Positions 50,589 to 61,264 of a stretch of DNA of 64,000 bases are shown piece by piece. The stretch covers positions 8,491 through 72,490 of the forward strand of contig CAUREE010000003.1 of assembly GCA_963523985.1 (NCBI GenBank), given 5' to 3'. A model generated the notes under the pieces. That model did not search any database. It was not told where the DNA came from and worked only from the letters and a program-made list of their open reading frames with translations. Position 1 is the stretch's first letter; each line of letters opens with the position of its first letter. The position numbers were made by a program, and so were the translations under genes. The DNA is from an uncultured Veillonella sp. (GTDB lineage: Bacteria > Bacillota > Negativicutes > Veillonellales > Veillonellaceae).

Positions 50589-52799
50589 TTATAATGTTAC
50601 TACATTGTTTTCATCACTACCTACAATATACACGCCTTCCTCCACATCAAATTGACTGTGCAAGGTATTCCACACGATAAAATGCATTGCCCCTCGTTCT
50701 TGATAATGCAATAATTGATTGCTAGCGGTCAAGCCATATATTGTATTCGTTTCTCTCTTAGTATTATACACTATTTCTTGAACTTTTTCTCCTTCTTTTC
50801 TAGGATGAAAGTGAAACTTTCTATGTCCTGTTACGATAATTTCATAGCCTGCTTTGGTATGAAGTTGTACAGATAACCAATCTAGTGTTAGCTCTTTACC
50901 AGCTTGCCCTTTACTATAAAGATGTTCTAAGGTATCCACATGAGTGTACCCCTTCTGATATCCTTCTACAAACACACCATTCCAACGACTAAACCCACGG
51001 TGATGCAAGGCATCTATACATTGTTTCATCGCTCGTGGTGAAATATCGCCATTCTTAGCATCTATATATAGGTATGCCTCCCTATAAAAGCCTGTCTTAC
51101 AGACCATGAAAGCTGGTCCTGAGGAGATAGCAATAGGCACTACTTGCACCATTGGTTTTACATAAGATAGTCCTAAGGGCAACATCCCTACTACCAAGAG
51201 TGCAATACTTGCCATCCTATTCCATGCCACACGAATAGGCTCTTTCAGTGCTAACAACCAATATATATACGACACGCCTAGATACCACACTACCACTAAC
51301 CACAAAGGCATGGGAGGTGACCACAATAGACCTAGATTACGAATAGCAAATAAAAGAGACATACTGGCTTTCAGAATGAAACCTAAGAGAGACCAACCTA
51401 ATGTAAAAGTAAATACTAAATTTAGGATAGCCAAAAAAAGACCTGCTATAATCGCCATATCTAGCAAGGGCCCTACTATAAGGTTGGACAAAATACTAAG
51501 AAAACTAAGTATATGAAAATAATATAATTCAATTGGAAATATAAGAACTTGTGCAGAGATACATAAAGCCACCCCTTTAGAGATAGGATTCGGCGGAAAT
51601 AGCCGATACACATAGGGATACAATCCGATGATGCCCAAGGTAGACCCAAAGGATAATACAAAACTAATATCTACCGCGAACAATGGTTTCCACAAAAGCA
51701 AACATAAGGCAGATAATAGGAGCGCATGTAACGCCCGATACGTACCGCCATGCATCACCACGTATCCGCTTAATAGTCCCATTATGGCAGATCGTAATAC
51801 TGGCGGACTCCACCCCACAATTGTACAGTACAGTAAAATCAAAGCACAAGTGATGGAAAATTCTACACCTTTACGTAAATGCAACCGCTGCAATACGATA
51901 GAAATAATGAGAAATAACAAGGCAATATGAGACCCTGACACCGACAAAATGTGGATAAGACCTGTTTCACTGAATAACTTTACCATTGTTTCTGGTAGCA
52001 TAGCATATTGACCGCCTAGTACCAAGGAGGCGCCTAAGCTAGCAATGGATGGTTCTAGATTCTCTTCAAATTGTTGTGCCACCCAATGATGGACTCTATC
52101 TAGATAAGCACCCAGTGCATACCCCGTATCAGTTATCCATGTGCCTAGGGTCTTCTCTACTGTGTAGGGGCCTTCTATGGTACCTTGGTACAAATTTCCT
52201 TGTAGTCCATCATTGATATATCTCGTTTTCATAGATAGAGAACCATTTTGCTCGTAATAGGTAAAGCCTTTCACAGTACCACGAATGACGTAGCGATCTC
52301 CCATATGAATAGGTGGCTCTCCTGGCACATAGATACGAATACTTCCCTTAGCGGGCACATGCTCAGTAGCGCCATTCTTATCTATATCCATTCCTTCTAC
52401 ATCAGCATCTACCATGGTCATAATGCCATCTAGCGTCACCGTAGGCTGTGGGTTACTAGTTAATTGCACATAATAGGCACCATCGGCACCATAATAAAAC
52501 GGTCTATCTTCAAAATAGTGTGTGATGACTCGATCTGTATGTACATATCCTATAGCAGTAAATACAGAAATAATACCCACTAAGCCCATCACATATCGCA
52601 TCATTTTATACATATGTTCATTACGTTGTTCGTATCCACGTAATCCTATTACCCCAAGGATGCCAAATATAGTAATGATACTTAACCAATACATAAGATA
52701 GGTGTATAATTCGTTTTCATATAGGCTCATACAAATTCCCAATAGCATTCCTAGCACACTGGTGATACCTAGATCTATTGGCTTTGGTAACCATTTCAT
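50589..52799 (-). CDS. comEC: DNA uptake channel ComEC
   Basis: GLIHILSVSGSH, PPVLRSAIM, SFVLSF; multi-TM; follows comEA. Confidence 0.9.
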   Translation of the reverse strand: MKWLPKPIDLGITSVLGMLLGICMSLYENELYTYLMYWLSIITIFGILGVIGLRGYEQRNEHMYKMMRYVMGLVGIISVFTAIGYVHTDRVITHYFEDRPFYYGADGAYYVQLTSNPQPTVTLDGIMTMVDADVEGMDIDKNGATEHVPAKGSIRIYVPGEPPIHMGDRYVIRGTVKGFTYYEQNGSLSMKTRYINDGLQGNLYQGTIEGPYTVEKTLGTWITDTGYALGAYLDRVHHWVAQQFEENLEPSIASLGASLVLGGQYAMLPETMVKLFSETGLIHILSVSGSHIALLFLIISIVLQRLHLRKGVEFSITCALILLYCTIVGWSPPVLRSAIMGLLSGYVVMHGGTYRALHALLLSALCLLLWKPLFAVDISFVLSFGSTLGIIGLYPYVYRLFPPNPISKGVALCISAQVLIFPIELYYFHILSFLSILSNLIVGPLLDMAIIAGLFLAILNLVFTFTLGWSLLGFILKASMSLLFAIRNLGLLWSPPMPLWLVVVWYLGVSYIYWLLALKEPIRVAWNRMASIALLVVGMLPLGLSYVKPMVQVVPIAISSGPAFMVCKTGFYREAYLYIDAKNGDISPRAMKQCIDALHHRGFSRWNGVFVEGYQKGYTHVDTLEHLYSKGQAGKELTLDWLSVQLHTKAGYEIIVTGHRKFHFHPRKEGEKVQEIVYNTKRETNTIYGLTASNQLLHYQERGAMHFIVWNTLHSQFDVEEGVYIVGSDENNVVTL

Positions 52800-53392
52800 A
52801 ATCGTACTTTCTCCACAATTTTTTTATACAATGCAGGTCCTATCCCCTTCACCTGTCGTAATTCTTCTAAACTTTTGAAAGGACCATGTTCTTGACGATA
52901 GTCCACAATCTTTTTCGCCATCTTAGGGCCTATGCCCGATATTTTTTGTAAATCTGCTTCGGTTCCATCATTAATAGAGATATTTTGTTTTCGTAGTAAC
53001 TCCTCAGGACTTCCGTGAAAGTTGAAATCTACATGAATATGTGCACTTTCCTCTAAGGTATCTTCTAAATGTAGATGATTCACATCTGCATAGGGTAATA
53101 GTCCTTTGCTGGCCTCAATAGCTGACTTCACCGTCGCAGGGCTTTGTAGCTCATACAAGCCTGGTTCTTCTACAGCTCCTGTGACATACACCAAAATTGT
53201 ATCTGCTTTCGTTTCCTTCTCCACTGGACCACCACGATTTCCTGTTTCTGACTGCTTCACAATCTTTGGAGTATCTGATAGTGCTCCATCGCCTTTCATT
53301 GGTGTATCTGCTATAATAAGATAGTATCCACATACACACAGTAGGAATAGGCATACAATGATGCCAATTCGTTTTCGATTTGTTACTTTCAT
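52796..53392 (-). CDS. comEA: DNA receptor ComEA
   Basis: TM, VYVTGAVEEPGLY (SLBB), HhH motifs GIGPKMA and VKGIG. Confidence 0.93.
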   Translation of the reverse strand: MKVTNRKRIGIIVCLFLLCVCGYYLIIADTPMKGDGALSDTPKIVKQSETGNRGGPVEKETKADTILVYVTGAVEEPGLYELQSPATVKSAIEASKGLLPYADVNHLHLEDTLEESAHIHVDFNFHGSPEELLRKQNISINDGTEADLQKISGIGPKMAKKIVDYRQEHGPFKSLEELRQVKGIGPALYKKIVEKVRL

Positions 53393-53477
53393 TCTATCAC
53401 ATCCTTTCAAACAAAAGGTTCGTCATAGATGAGTAGTATCCTTTAAAATTCACTACCAGTATATATTGGGAGGTATT

Positions 53478-54704
53478 ATGAAAGAAGATTTACAACAATA
53501 TGCCCGTCTTTTACTACAAGAAGGAGTCAATTTACAACAAGACCAACTGTTAGTCATCAATGGAGATGTAGAAAATAAAGATTTTGTATACATCGTTGTG
53601 GACGAGGCCTATGCACTGGGTGCTAAAGATGTGCACATTAATTGGCGTAGCACTATCACAGCTAAGTCTCGTCTATCCCATGTAAAAGATGAGGTCTTAT
53701 CTAATCCTGCTCCTTGGATTAAAGATATGTATCACCATATCCTTGATTCCAACGCATGTATTTTATCCTTAATCAGTGCGAATCCATTTGCCTATGAAGG
53801 CGTGCCTTCTGAAAAAATCGCCCTCGCCTCTCGTAGCATGGGCAAGTTAACTAAATTTTACCACGAGGCCATTATGGATTCTACCCTTACTTGGTGTGTA
53901 GCCTCAGTAGCTACTCTCACATGGGCTGATTTACTGGGTTATGAGGGCACAGAAGAAGAAAAAATCAACCGCTTATGGAATACTATCTTTACCTTATGTC
54001 GTATGAAACACGTACCAGAAGAAGAATCCTTCAGCAACCATTTAGATCGCCTTGCTAAGCGCACTAAAACTCTGAATGATTTACAATTAGTATCCTTACA
54101 TTATACCTGTCCGAATGGTACAGACTTAACTTTACAAATGCCAGAAGGGCACTTATGGTTAGGTGGTAAAGAATCATCTAAAAAAGGAATTATCTTTGAT
54201 GCCAATATTCCAACAGAAGAAGTATTTTCTGCACCTCATTATGCAGGTGCCAACGGTATCGTGTATTCTACGAAACCATTGATCTATGATGGAAACCGTA
54301 TCGAAGACTTTCATATGACATTCAAAGATGGTAAGGTCGTTGACTACGATGCCAAACAAGGTCGTGAGTATTTAACAAACCTCATTGAGACGGATGAAAA
54401 CTCTTGCTACCTTGGAGAAGTAGCCCTTGTAGACCATTACTCCCCTATTAGCCAATCCAATATGATTTTCTTTGAAACCTTGTACGATGAAAATGCATCT
54501 TGCCACTTAGCATTAGGTGCTGCATATCCAACTTGCTTAGCCCATAGCGATGGATTATCGCAAGAAGAACTACACGCTCGTGGACTGAATACATCCTTAG
54601 CTCATACAGACTTTATGATTGGCCACGAAAAAATGAACATCATAGGCACTACAAAAGATGGCAAAGAAGTTCCTATTATGATTGAAGGCCGATTGCAAGT
54701 ATAA
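53478..54704 (+). CDS. Aminopeptidase, M29 family (AmpS/PepS-like)
   Basis: ANIPTEEVF, LGEVALV, YDENASCHLALG, HTDFMIG. ATG after GGGAGG. Confidence 0.95.
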   Translation: MKEDLQQYARLLLQEGVNLQQDQLLVINGDVENKDFVYIVVDEAYALGAKDVHINWRSTITAKSRLSHVKDEVLSNPAPWIKDMYHHILDSNACILSLISANPFAYEGVPSEKIALASRSMGKLTKFYHEAIMDSTLTWCVASVATLTWADLLGYEGTEEEKINRLWNTIFTLCRMKHVPEEESFSNHLDRLAKRTKTLNDLQLVSLHYTCPNGTDLTLQMPEGHLWLGGKESSKKGIIFDANIPTEEVFSAPHYAGANGIVYSTKPLIYDGNRIEDFHMTFKDGKVVDYDAKQGREYLTNLIETDENSCYLGEVALVDHYSPISQSNMIFFETLYDENASCHLALGAAYPTCLAHSDGLSQEELHARGLNTSLAHTDFMIGHEKMNIIGTTKDGKEVPIMIEGRLQV

Positions 54705-54801
54705 GGGCGCTCTATCTAACATACTACTATGCATGTTCCCCATAAAATCATCAGAACTCCCCATTTTATGGGAAGGGATATGAACTAACATATGGTAATG
54801 C

Positions 54802-54842
54802 AAAAAAGAGGTACCTCGCATGACCGTAAGGTGCCTCTTTTT
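54802..54842. terminator. Bidirectional terminator
   Basis: AAAAAGAGGTACCT...AGGTGCCTCTTTTT between convergent genes. Confidence 0.8.
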
Positions 54843-54940
54843 ATTGTGTCTATTTGTTTTCTGCCATATGCCAGTAGTCTATTCTATGACGACCCTATGA
54901 TCTTCTAGATATATAACCTACTTATACTGTGAATAGTGCC

Positions 54941-55612
54941 TTATAACAATGTATCCACTGCAATATTTACTAATACATCGGATGGACTTTCACAAATATA
55001 ATCAGCACCAGCAGATTCTAATTCTTCTACTGAACCATATCCATAAGAAACGCCCATAGCCACACAATTTAATTCTTTGGCTGCTTCCATATCGTATTTA
55101 CGATCTCCCACCATGTACCAACGGGAGATTTTATATTTTTGCGCTGTAATTGTCTCCATATCTTGCAGCGCCTCTTTCAAAATATCTAGCTTATGGACTA
55201 AACCAATTTCACGATTGGCCCCACGGATGACTTCAAAGTATGGATCTAGTTTAAAATGCTTAATAATATCCTTTGCTTGTTCTTCTGGTTTTGCCGTAGC
55301 AATCCCAACATAAGCACCTGTCTTACGAAGCGCTTTTAAGGCTTCTTCAATTTGAGGATATACTGCATTTTCATATTTTCCTACGGAATCATACCGTTCT
55401 TTGAAAAAGTTGTAGGCCTGCTCCACCTCTTCATCTGTCATATGGCAATGTTCTTTAAAAGAATCCGCCAATGGTGGACCAATGAATAATTGTAATGTGT
55501 CCTCATCAGGAATAGGATGATTCATACTCGTTAAGGCATGACGTATAGATTTTAAAATTCCTTCATGAGAATCTGTTAATGTTCCATCTAAATCAAAAAT
55601 AACACAAATCAT
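54941..55612 (-). CDS. HAD-superfamily hydrolase (phosphoglycolate phosphatase/nucleotidase-like)
   Basis: FDLDGTLTDS, FIGPPL, MVGDRKYD, YGYGS. Confidence 0.92.
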   Translation of the reverse strand: MICVIFDLDGTLTDSHEGILKSIRHALTSMNHPIPDEDTLQLFIGPPLADSFKEHCHMTDEEVEQAYNFFKERYDSVGKYENAVYPQIEEALKALRKTGAYVGIATAKPEEQAKDIIKHFKLDPYFEVIRGANREIGLVHKLDILKEALQDMETITAQKYKISRWYMVGDRKYDMEAAKELNCVAMGVSYGYGSVEELESAGADYICESPSDVLVNIAVDTLL

Positions 55613-55891
55613 ATTAACTCCTATATAGTATCTAACATATCATTTTATATGTGCATATATACACTATTACCTAGTTTACCATCAACTCAACTATATCATT
55701 ACTTATGATAGTATCTAAACTCGTATATGCTCTTTCCAATTCTAATCCATCTCCCAAAAATATTCTATGCAAACCACAAAACACAGAATCATCCACCTTA
55801 TATACTATAAAAGCTTTATGAACATCCTTTACAATACAAGAATTGCAGAGTATACTATATATAGAAAAGTTTCTATATATAGGAGGACAGT

Positions 55892-56116
55892 ATGGAAGAT
55901 ACTCAAATTCCTACGGCCATTTTAGATAAATTAACAAAAGTTTGTACCTGCCGTAGTATTACAAGAAAAGCAATTAAGGAAGCCATCTTAGATGGTTGCG
56001 ATACATTTCCTAAAGTTAGAGAGCGCACTAGTGCTGGTACCGGTGCATGCGGTGGTAAAGGCTGTGGGCCACGAGTGGTGAAACTCTTAAAAGAACACCA
56101 AGAAGGACAATGGTAA
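55892..56116 (+). CDS. BFD-like [2Fe-2S]-binding protein
   Basis: VCTC...GTGACGGKGC. RBS AGGAGG; promoter-like TTTACA-17-TATACT upstream. Confidence 0.9.
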   Translation: MEDTQIPTAILDKLTKVCTCRSITRKAIKEAILDGCDTFPKVRERTSAGTGACGGKGCGPRVVKLLKEHQEGQW

Positions 56117-56147
56117 TTCTACAATATACCAAAACATACGAATCTTG

Positions 56148-56251
56148 AAGATAGGCCCTACGGGGACCTATCTTTTTTAGTTGCACTTAGATTATAAATT
56201 CAAGGCACAAAAAAGGCTGCTCAAGAATGTACACCATTCTGTAGCAGCCTT
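56148..56251. terminator. Two back-to-back terminators (BFD gene and suf operon)
   Basis: AAGATAGG...CCTATCTTTTTT (56148-56178) and AAAAAGGCTGC...GCAGCCTT (about 56208-56251). Confidence 0.75.
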
Positions 56252-56255
56252 CTAT

Positions 56256-56681
56256 TTATTTCTTTAATGCTTCACGCAATGTATGCCAAGCCAGCACTGC
56301 ACATTTCACACGGGCAGGCATGTTAGAAATATTTTGTAAAGCTATAGCATCTTCTAAGGCTTCCAATTCTTCTTCATCTGTCACTTCTTTTTTTATCATT
56401 CCTAAGAAAAGGTCCACTAATTGGAACGCTTCTTCTAAGGTCTTCCCAGTAATGACATCAATCATCATAGAAGCCGATGCTTGGCTGATAGCACAGCCGG
56501 AACCTGTATAAGCAGCGTCTTTTACAATGCCGTCTACCACATTCACTTGCAAAGTTAAATCATCACCACAACTTGGGTTATGACCATGCTCGCTAGCAGT
56601 AAACACATCTAACAAACGCTTATTACGCTTGTCTTGGTTATGCTCCAAAATCAGTTCCGTATACACTTGATCCATTTCCAT
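56256..56681 (-). CDS. sufU: SufU sulfur-transfer/scaffold protein
   Basis: NPSCGD, GCAISQASAS, PARVKCA. Confidence 0.96.
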   Translation of the reverse strand: MEMDQVYTELILEHNQDKRNKRLLDVFTASEHGHNPSCGDDLTLQVNVVDGIVKDAAYTGSGCAISQASASMMIDVITGKTLEEAFQLVDLFLGMIKKEVTDEEELEALEDAIALQNISNMPARVKCAVLAWHTLREALKK

Positions 56682-56691
56682 GGTATTCTCC

Positions 56692-57921
56692 TTACTCTGA
56701 CAAGCCCATGGTTGGTCGAACTGTTTTTAGGGCTTCCAAAAATTGATCTAAATCTTCTTTTTTAGTATAAATGTACATACTAATACGGTTGGATGCAGGC
56801 ACCCCATAATACGCACCTAGTGGTTGCGCACAATGATGACCAGAACGTAAGCATACTCCATGGCTATCCATAATAGTTGCCACATCGTGTGGATGTACAT
56901 CATCCACAGTGAAAGTAATAACACCATGCTTTTCTTCTGGATTATCGCTACCTAATAAATGAATATGTGGCATAGCCGCTAGTTTAGGTAGTACATAGCG
57001 TACTAATTCTTGTTCATATTCATGAATGGCATCCATACCAAATTGTTCCAAGTACTCAATGGCGGCTTTCAATGTGATAGCACCATGAGCATTCGGTGTA
57101 CCTGCCTCAAATTTATAAGGTACTTCATTAAATGTTGTAGTTTGTTCTTTCACATATTCAATCATGTCTCCACCAAAAAGGAATGGATCCATGTCTTCTA
57201 ATAGATGATATTTACCATATACAACACCAATACCTTGAGAGGCACACATTTTATGTCCTGAGAAAACGAAGAAATCACAGTCTAAAGCTTGCACATCAAT
57301 CGATTGATGAGGAGCTGATTGCGCTCCGTCTAGGATAGCGATAGCACCAACAGCATGAGCACGTTCTACCAATTCTTTTACAGGAAATTCCATACCTAGT
57401 ACATTACTTACATGGGCAAAGGATACAATTTTCGTAGATGTGTCAATTTTATCCATTTCACCATCTTTAATGTGACCAGTTTCATCTAGGTACATATATT
57501 CCAAGGTAGCACCTGTCATTCGGCATACATATTGCCAAGTCACAAGATTCGCATGATGCTCCGCCACAGTGATGACGATTTTATCTCCCGCTTTCACATG
57601 CTTCAGTCCATAGGAATGGGCAATTAAGTTCAAGCTTTCTGTCGTATTTCGAGTGAAGATAATTTCTTCTCGTTTACGAGCATTGATGAAACGTTGCACC
57701 ACATCACGAGTTCCTTCATAAGCCTCGGATGCTTCCATAGCCAACACATGGGCCCCACGATGAGGATTCCCATTGTGATTTGCCATATATGTTTCTAATG
57801 CTTTCATCACAGGTACTGGAATTTGTGTGGTGGCACCACTATCTAAATATGCAATGCGTTTACCACGATTGGTTCTTGTTAAAATTGGAAAATCTTTATA
57901 TGCCTCTGCTATTGGTTTCAT
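56692..57921 (-). CDS. sufS: Cysteine desulfurase SufS
   Basis: YLDSGATTQ, EHHAN, DGAQ, SGHK, RSGHHCAQP. Confidence 0.97.
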   Translation of the reverse strand: MKPIAEAYKDFPILTRTNRGKRIAYLDSGATTQIPVPVMKALETYMANHNGNPHRGAHVLAMEASEAYEGTRDVVQRFINARKREEIIFTRNTTESLNLIAHSYGLKHVKAGDKIVITVAEHHANLVTWQYVCRMTGATLEYMYLDETGHIKDGEMDKIDTSTKIVSFAHVSNVLGMEFPVKELVERAHAVGAIAILDGAQSAPHQSIDVQALDCDFFVFSGHKMCASQGIGVVYGKYHLLEDMDPFLFGGDMIEYVKEQTTTFNEVPYKFEAGTPNAHGAITLKAAIEYLEQFGMDAIHEYEQELVRYVLPKLAAMPHIHLLGSDNPEEKHGVITFTVDDVHPHDVATIMDSHGVCLRSGHHCAQPLGAYYGVPASNRISMYIYTKKEDLDQFLEALKTVRPTMGLSE

Positions 57922-57935
57922 ACTATCCCTCTCAA

Positions 57936-58985
57936 TTATATTTTTTGTCGTAGTACTGCTAAGGCAGTTTCTTCCATTTCTTCATTACCAATACGATCAA
58001 TCAATGGTCGTAACATGGACTCTACGATGATATGTTTTGCTTCCTCTTCGTTAAAACCACGGCTCATAAGGTAAAATAATTTAGCTTGATCTAATTGACC
58101 AGCACTGGATGCGTGATTACCAGATACATTATCTTCTTTACATAATAACAATGGTAAAGAGATAGATTTAACTTGTGGCGTTAATAGTAAACATGTATCC
58201 TCTTCTGCACCTTCAGATGCCAAGCTACCACGCAAGAAATCTAAAGTACCACGGAATGATTTTTTAGAAGAACCATTCAATGCACCTAAGTTATTAATAT
58301 TACTGATTGTTTTTCTACCGATATGTTTCATTAACATGGCGATATCAAATACTTGCGTACCAGTACCGCAGTAGCCTAAATCATGTTCCACTTCTGCGTA
58401 GTCTCCTACTAAGTCTTCTTGATAATTCAAGAAGTTTTCAGATCCACCCAACTCAATGTTGATGAACTCTACATGACCAGACTCTTCTACTCGTGTATAA
58501 CGATGTTCAAATTGCTGCACTTTACCAGTTAACAATTGAACTTTTTTGAATACTACAGACGCCCCTGTGTGAGATACGATTTCTGAAAGTAATCCTACAT
58601 GTCCATCAGTTGCTTCACCTTTCAAGCAAAGCGTTAACTCTAAGGTAGAGTCTTTTTCAGCCTCGATTTGTAAGCGAGTTCTTTCACTCACGGCACCTTG
58701 CACATCAATAACAATAGTCAAGGCTTCTTTAGAACCCGCTGGCACTTGAATATGATAGCCATGTGTAAAGTGATGAGATGCATCCCGCAACGCACCAGCA
58801 TGAACCCCTTCATAAGAAGGTTCTAATACTTCTTTATTTGTAATATCTGTGACAATGTGCTTGGAGCCTTCTACGGTCACCGTTGCCGGTTCTGTACCAG
58901 CCCATACATTGCCTTCTGTATGATTTACCTTTAACCAACGGAAGGTCGGTCTAGGCAATTCATTAAAATGTAATGTGTTGCTCAT
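57936..58985 (-). CDS. sufD: Fe-S assembly protein SufD
   Basis: Beta-helix; PLLLCKEDNVSGNHAS, FYLMSRG. Confidence 0.9.
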   Translation of the reverse strand: MSNTLHFNELPRPTFRWLKVNHTEGNVWAGTEPATVTVEGSKHIVTDITNKEVLEPSYEGVHAGALRDASHHFTHGYHIQVPAGSKEALTIVIDVQGAVSERTRLQIEAEKDSTLELTLCLKGEATDGHVGLLSEIVSHTGASVVFKKVQLLTGKVQQFEHRYTRVEESGHVEFINIELGGSENFLNYQEDLVGDYAEVEHDLGYCGTGTQVFDIAMLMKHIGRKTISNINNLGALNGSSKKSFRGTLDFLRGSLASEGAEEDTCLLLTPQVKSISLPLLLCKEDNVSGNHASSAGQLDQAKLFYLMSRGFNEEEAKHIIVESMLRPLIDRIGNEEMEETALAVLRQKI

Positions 58986-58994
58986 CCTAACCTC

Positions 58995-60404
58995 CTAACC
59001 GATAGAACCTTCAAGTTCTAAGGTAATTAAATTATTCATTTCTACAGCGTATTCCAATGGTAATTCTTTAGAAATTGGTTCTACGAAACCACGAACAAGC
59101 ATAGCTCTTGCTTCTTCTTCACTAATACCACGAGTCATTAAGTAGAAAATAGCCTCATCGGAAATACGACCAATTTTTGCTTCGTGTCCTAAATCGACAT
59201 TGTCATTTTCAATCGTAATAGATGGAATTGTATCAGATTGAGATTCTTGGTCTAACATCAAGGACTCACAAGATACAGTTGCTTTAGAATGGTCTGCATT
59301 TTTACCGATGTTTAATACACCACGATAAATTGCTGTACCACCGCTTTTAGAAATAGACTTGGAGTTAACATTACTTGTTGTATGTGGTGCCGCATGAATT
59401 ACTTTTGCCCCTGTATCTAAATATTGGCCTTCACCAGCAAATGTAACACCTGTAAATTCACAGTGTGCCCCTTCACCAGCCAAGATACTCATTGGATACA
59501 AGCAAGATACAGCAGAACCGAAGGATCCGGATACCCACTCGATGGTACCATTTTTACCTACTCGACTACGTTTTGTATTCAAGTTGTACATATTTTTGGA
59601 CCAGTTTTCGATAGTAGAATAACGCAAAGTAGCATTATCTTTTACGAATAACTCAACACAACCAGCATGTAAGTTAGCTACATTGTATTTTGGAGCAGAA
59701 CAACCTTCAATGAAGTGTGCTTTTGCTCCTTCTTCTACGATAATCAACGTATGTTCAAACTGACCTGCTCCTGGCGCATTCAATCGGAAGTAAGACTGTA
59801 ATGGAATATCTACAGTCACTCCTTTTGGCACATATACGAAGGAACCGCCAGACCATACTGCACCATGTAAAGCTGCAAATTTATGATCTGTAGGTGGCAC
59901 CAATGTCATAAAGTATTGTTTTACAATATCTTCATGTTCATGCAATGCAGTTTGCATATCTGTATATACAACGCCTTGACGAATCAAGTCTTCTTGAATA
60001 CTGTGATATACAACCTCAGAGTCATATTGAGCGCCTACACCAGCCAAAGAAGTTTTTTCAGCTTCTTGGATACCAAGACGGTCAAAGGTATCTTTAATAT
60101 CGTCTGGAACTTCGTTCCAGTCTTCTTTCATATCAATTTTTGGTTTTACATAGGTCACGATATCCGCCATATTTAAAGCGCTAATATCAGGTACCCAATT
60201 AGGAACATCTAATTGATTGTAAATTTCAAGGGATTTTAAACGGAAATCCAACATCCATTGTGGTTCATTTTTATTAGCCCACATTTCACGAATGATATCT
60301 TCTGTTAAACCAGCTTCTGATTTATAGGAGAATTCAAATTCATTACGAATGTCATAGACGCCGCGATCCATCTCCTCAATTTGAGTTTTCTTTCTCGCTT
60401 CCAT
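58995..60404 (-). CDS. sufB: Fe-S assembly protein SufB
   Basis: GVGAQYDSE, WSGGSFVYVP, GQFEHTLI, EGCSAP, HEAKIG, LPLEYAVE. Confidence 0.98.
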   Translation of the reverse strand: MEARKKTQIEEMDRGVYDIRNEFEFSYKSEAGLTEDIIREMWANKNEPQWMLDFRLKSLEIYNQLDVPNWVPDISALNMADIVTYVKPKIDMKEDWNEVPDDIKDTFDRLGIQEAEKTSLAGVGAQYDSEVVYHSIQEDLIRQGVVYTDMQTALHEHEDIVKQYFMTLVPPTDHKFAALHGAVWSGGSFVYVPKGVTVDIPLQSYFRLNAPGAGQFEHTLIIVEEGAKAHFIEGCSAPKYNVANLHAGCVELFVKDNATLRYSTIENWSKNMYNLNTKRSRVGKNGTIEWVSGSFGSAVSCLYPMSILAGEGAHCEFTGVTFAGEGQYLDTGAKVIHAAPHTTSNVNSKSISKSGGTAIYRGVLNIGKNADHSKATVSCESLMLDQESQSDTIPSITIENDNVDLGHEAKIGRISDEAIFYLMTRGISEEEARAMLVRGFVEPISKELPLEYAVEMNNLITLELEGSIG

Positions 60405-60413
60405 GCAATCCTC

Positions 60414-61157
60414 CTATGCTAAATTTTTATATGCGTCGTAGCCTTTTTCTTCGATTTCACGAACGAGTTCAGGGCCACCAGTTTTTACAATACGACCATC
60501 GATTAAGATGTGTACGAAGTTTGGCTGTAATTTTTGAAGAATTTGATTGTGGTGAGTGATGATTAACACTGCGTTATCTTCATTGTGGAAACGGTTTACG
60601 CCTTCAGATACAATACGAACCGCATCTACGTCAAGACCAGAATCAGTTTCATCAAGAATAGCCAATTTAGGATTTAAAATGGACATTTGAAGAATTTCAT
60701 TTTTCTTTCTTTCACCGCCGGAGAAACCTTCATTTACATAACGATTAGCATAAGATGTATCAAAGGATAATTCTTCCATTTTTGCTTTCAATTCTTTTTT
60801 GAAAGCCAAGGCGCGTACATTTTCACCAGTAATAGTATTTTTAGCTGTACGAATAAAGTTTTCTACTGTAATACCAGGTACAGAAATTGGATGTTGGAAA
60901 GACATGAAAATGCCTTTTTTCGCACGATCGTTTACAGCTTCTTCTGTGATGTTTTCGCCATCGAATACGATGGAGCCTTCTGTTACTTCATAAGCAGGGT
61001 TGCCCATGATTACATTGGCCAATGTAGATTTACCAGCACCGTTTGTGCCCATTACTACATGGATTTCACCTTTATTAATTGTTAAATTGATGCCCTTTAA
61101 GATTTCTTTCTCTTCAATCGAGGCACGCACATTGTCTACGCGAAGTAATTCTGCCAC
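60414..61157 (-). CDS. sufC: Fe-S assembly ATPase SufC
   Basis: GTNGAGKST, NEGFSGGERKK, LDETDSGLD, ITH. GTG start 61157 fits the AAGGAG spacing. Confidence 0.97.
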   Translation of the reverse strand: MAELLRVDNVRASIEEKEILKGINLTINKGEIHVVMGTNGAGKSTLANVIMGNPAYEVTEGSIVFDGENITEEAVNDRAKKGIFMSFQHPISVPGITVENFIRTAKNTITGENVRALAFKKELKAKMEELSFDTSYANRYVNEGFSGGERKKNEILQMSILNPKLAILDETDSGLDVDAVRIVSEGVNRFHNEDNAVLIITHHNQILQKLQPNFVHILIDGRIVKTGGPELVREIEEKGYDAYKNLA

Positions 61158-61233
61158 GTATGTCACTCCTTATCAAATAAGCTACTATATACAAAAGAAG
61201 ACTAGTTAGGTCTTAGAATGTGTCGAATACCGT

Positions 61234-61264
61234 AAAAAAACGGATTCCACCAAAGTGTAATCCG
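61234..61264 (-). terminator. Intrinsic terminator inside the sufC leader (attenuator)
   Basis: Minus strand CGGAUU-a-CAC-uuug-GUG-g-AAUCCG followed by U7. Confidence 0.75.
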
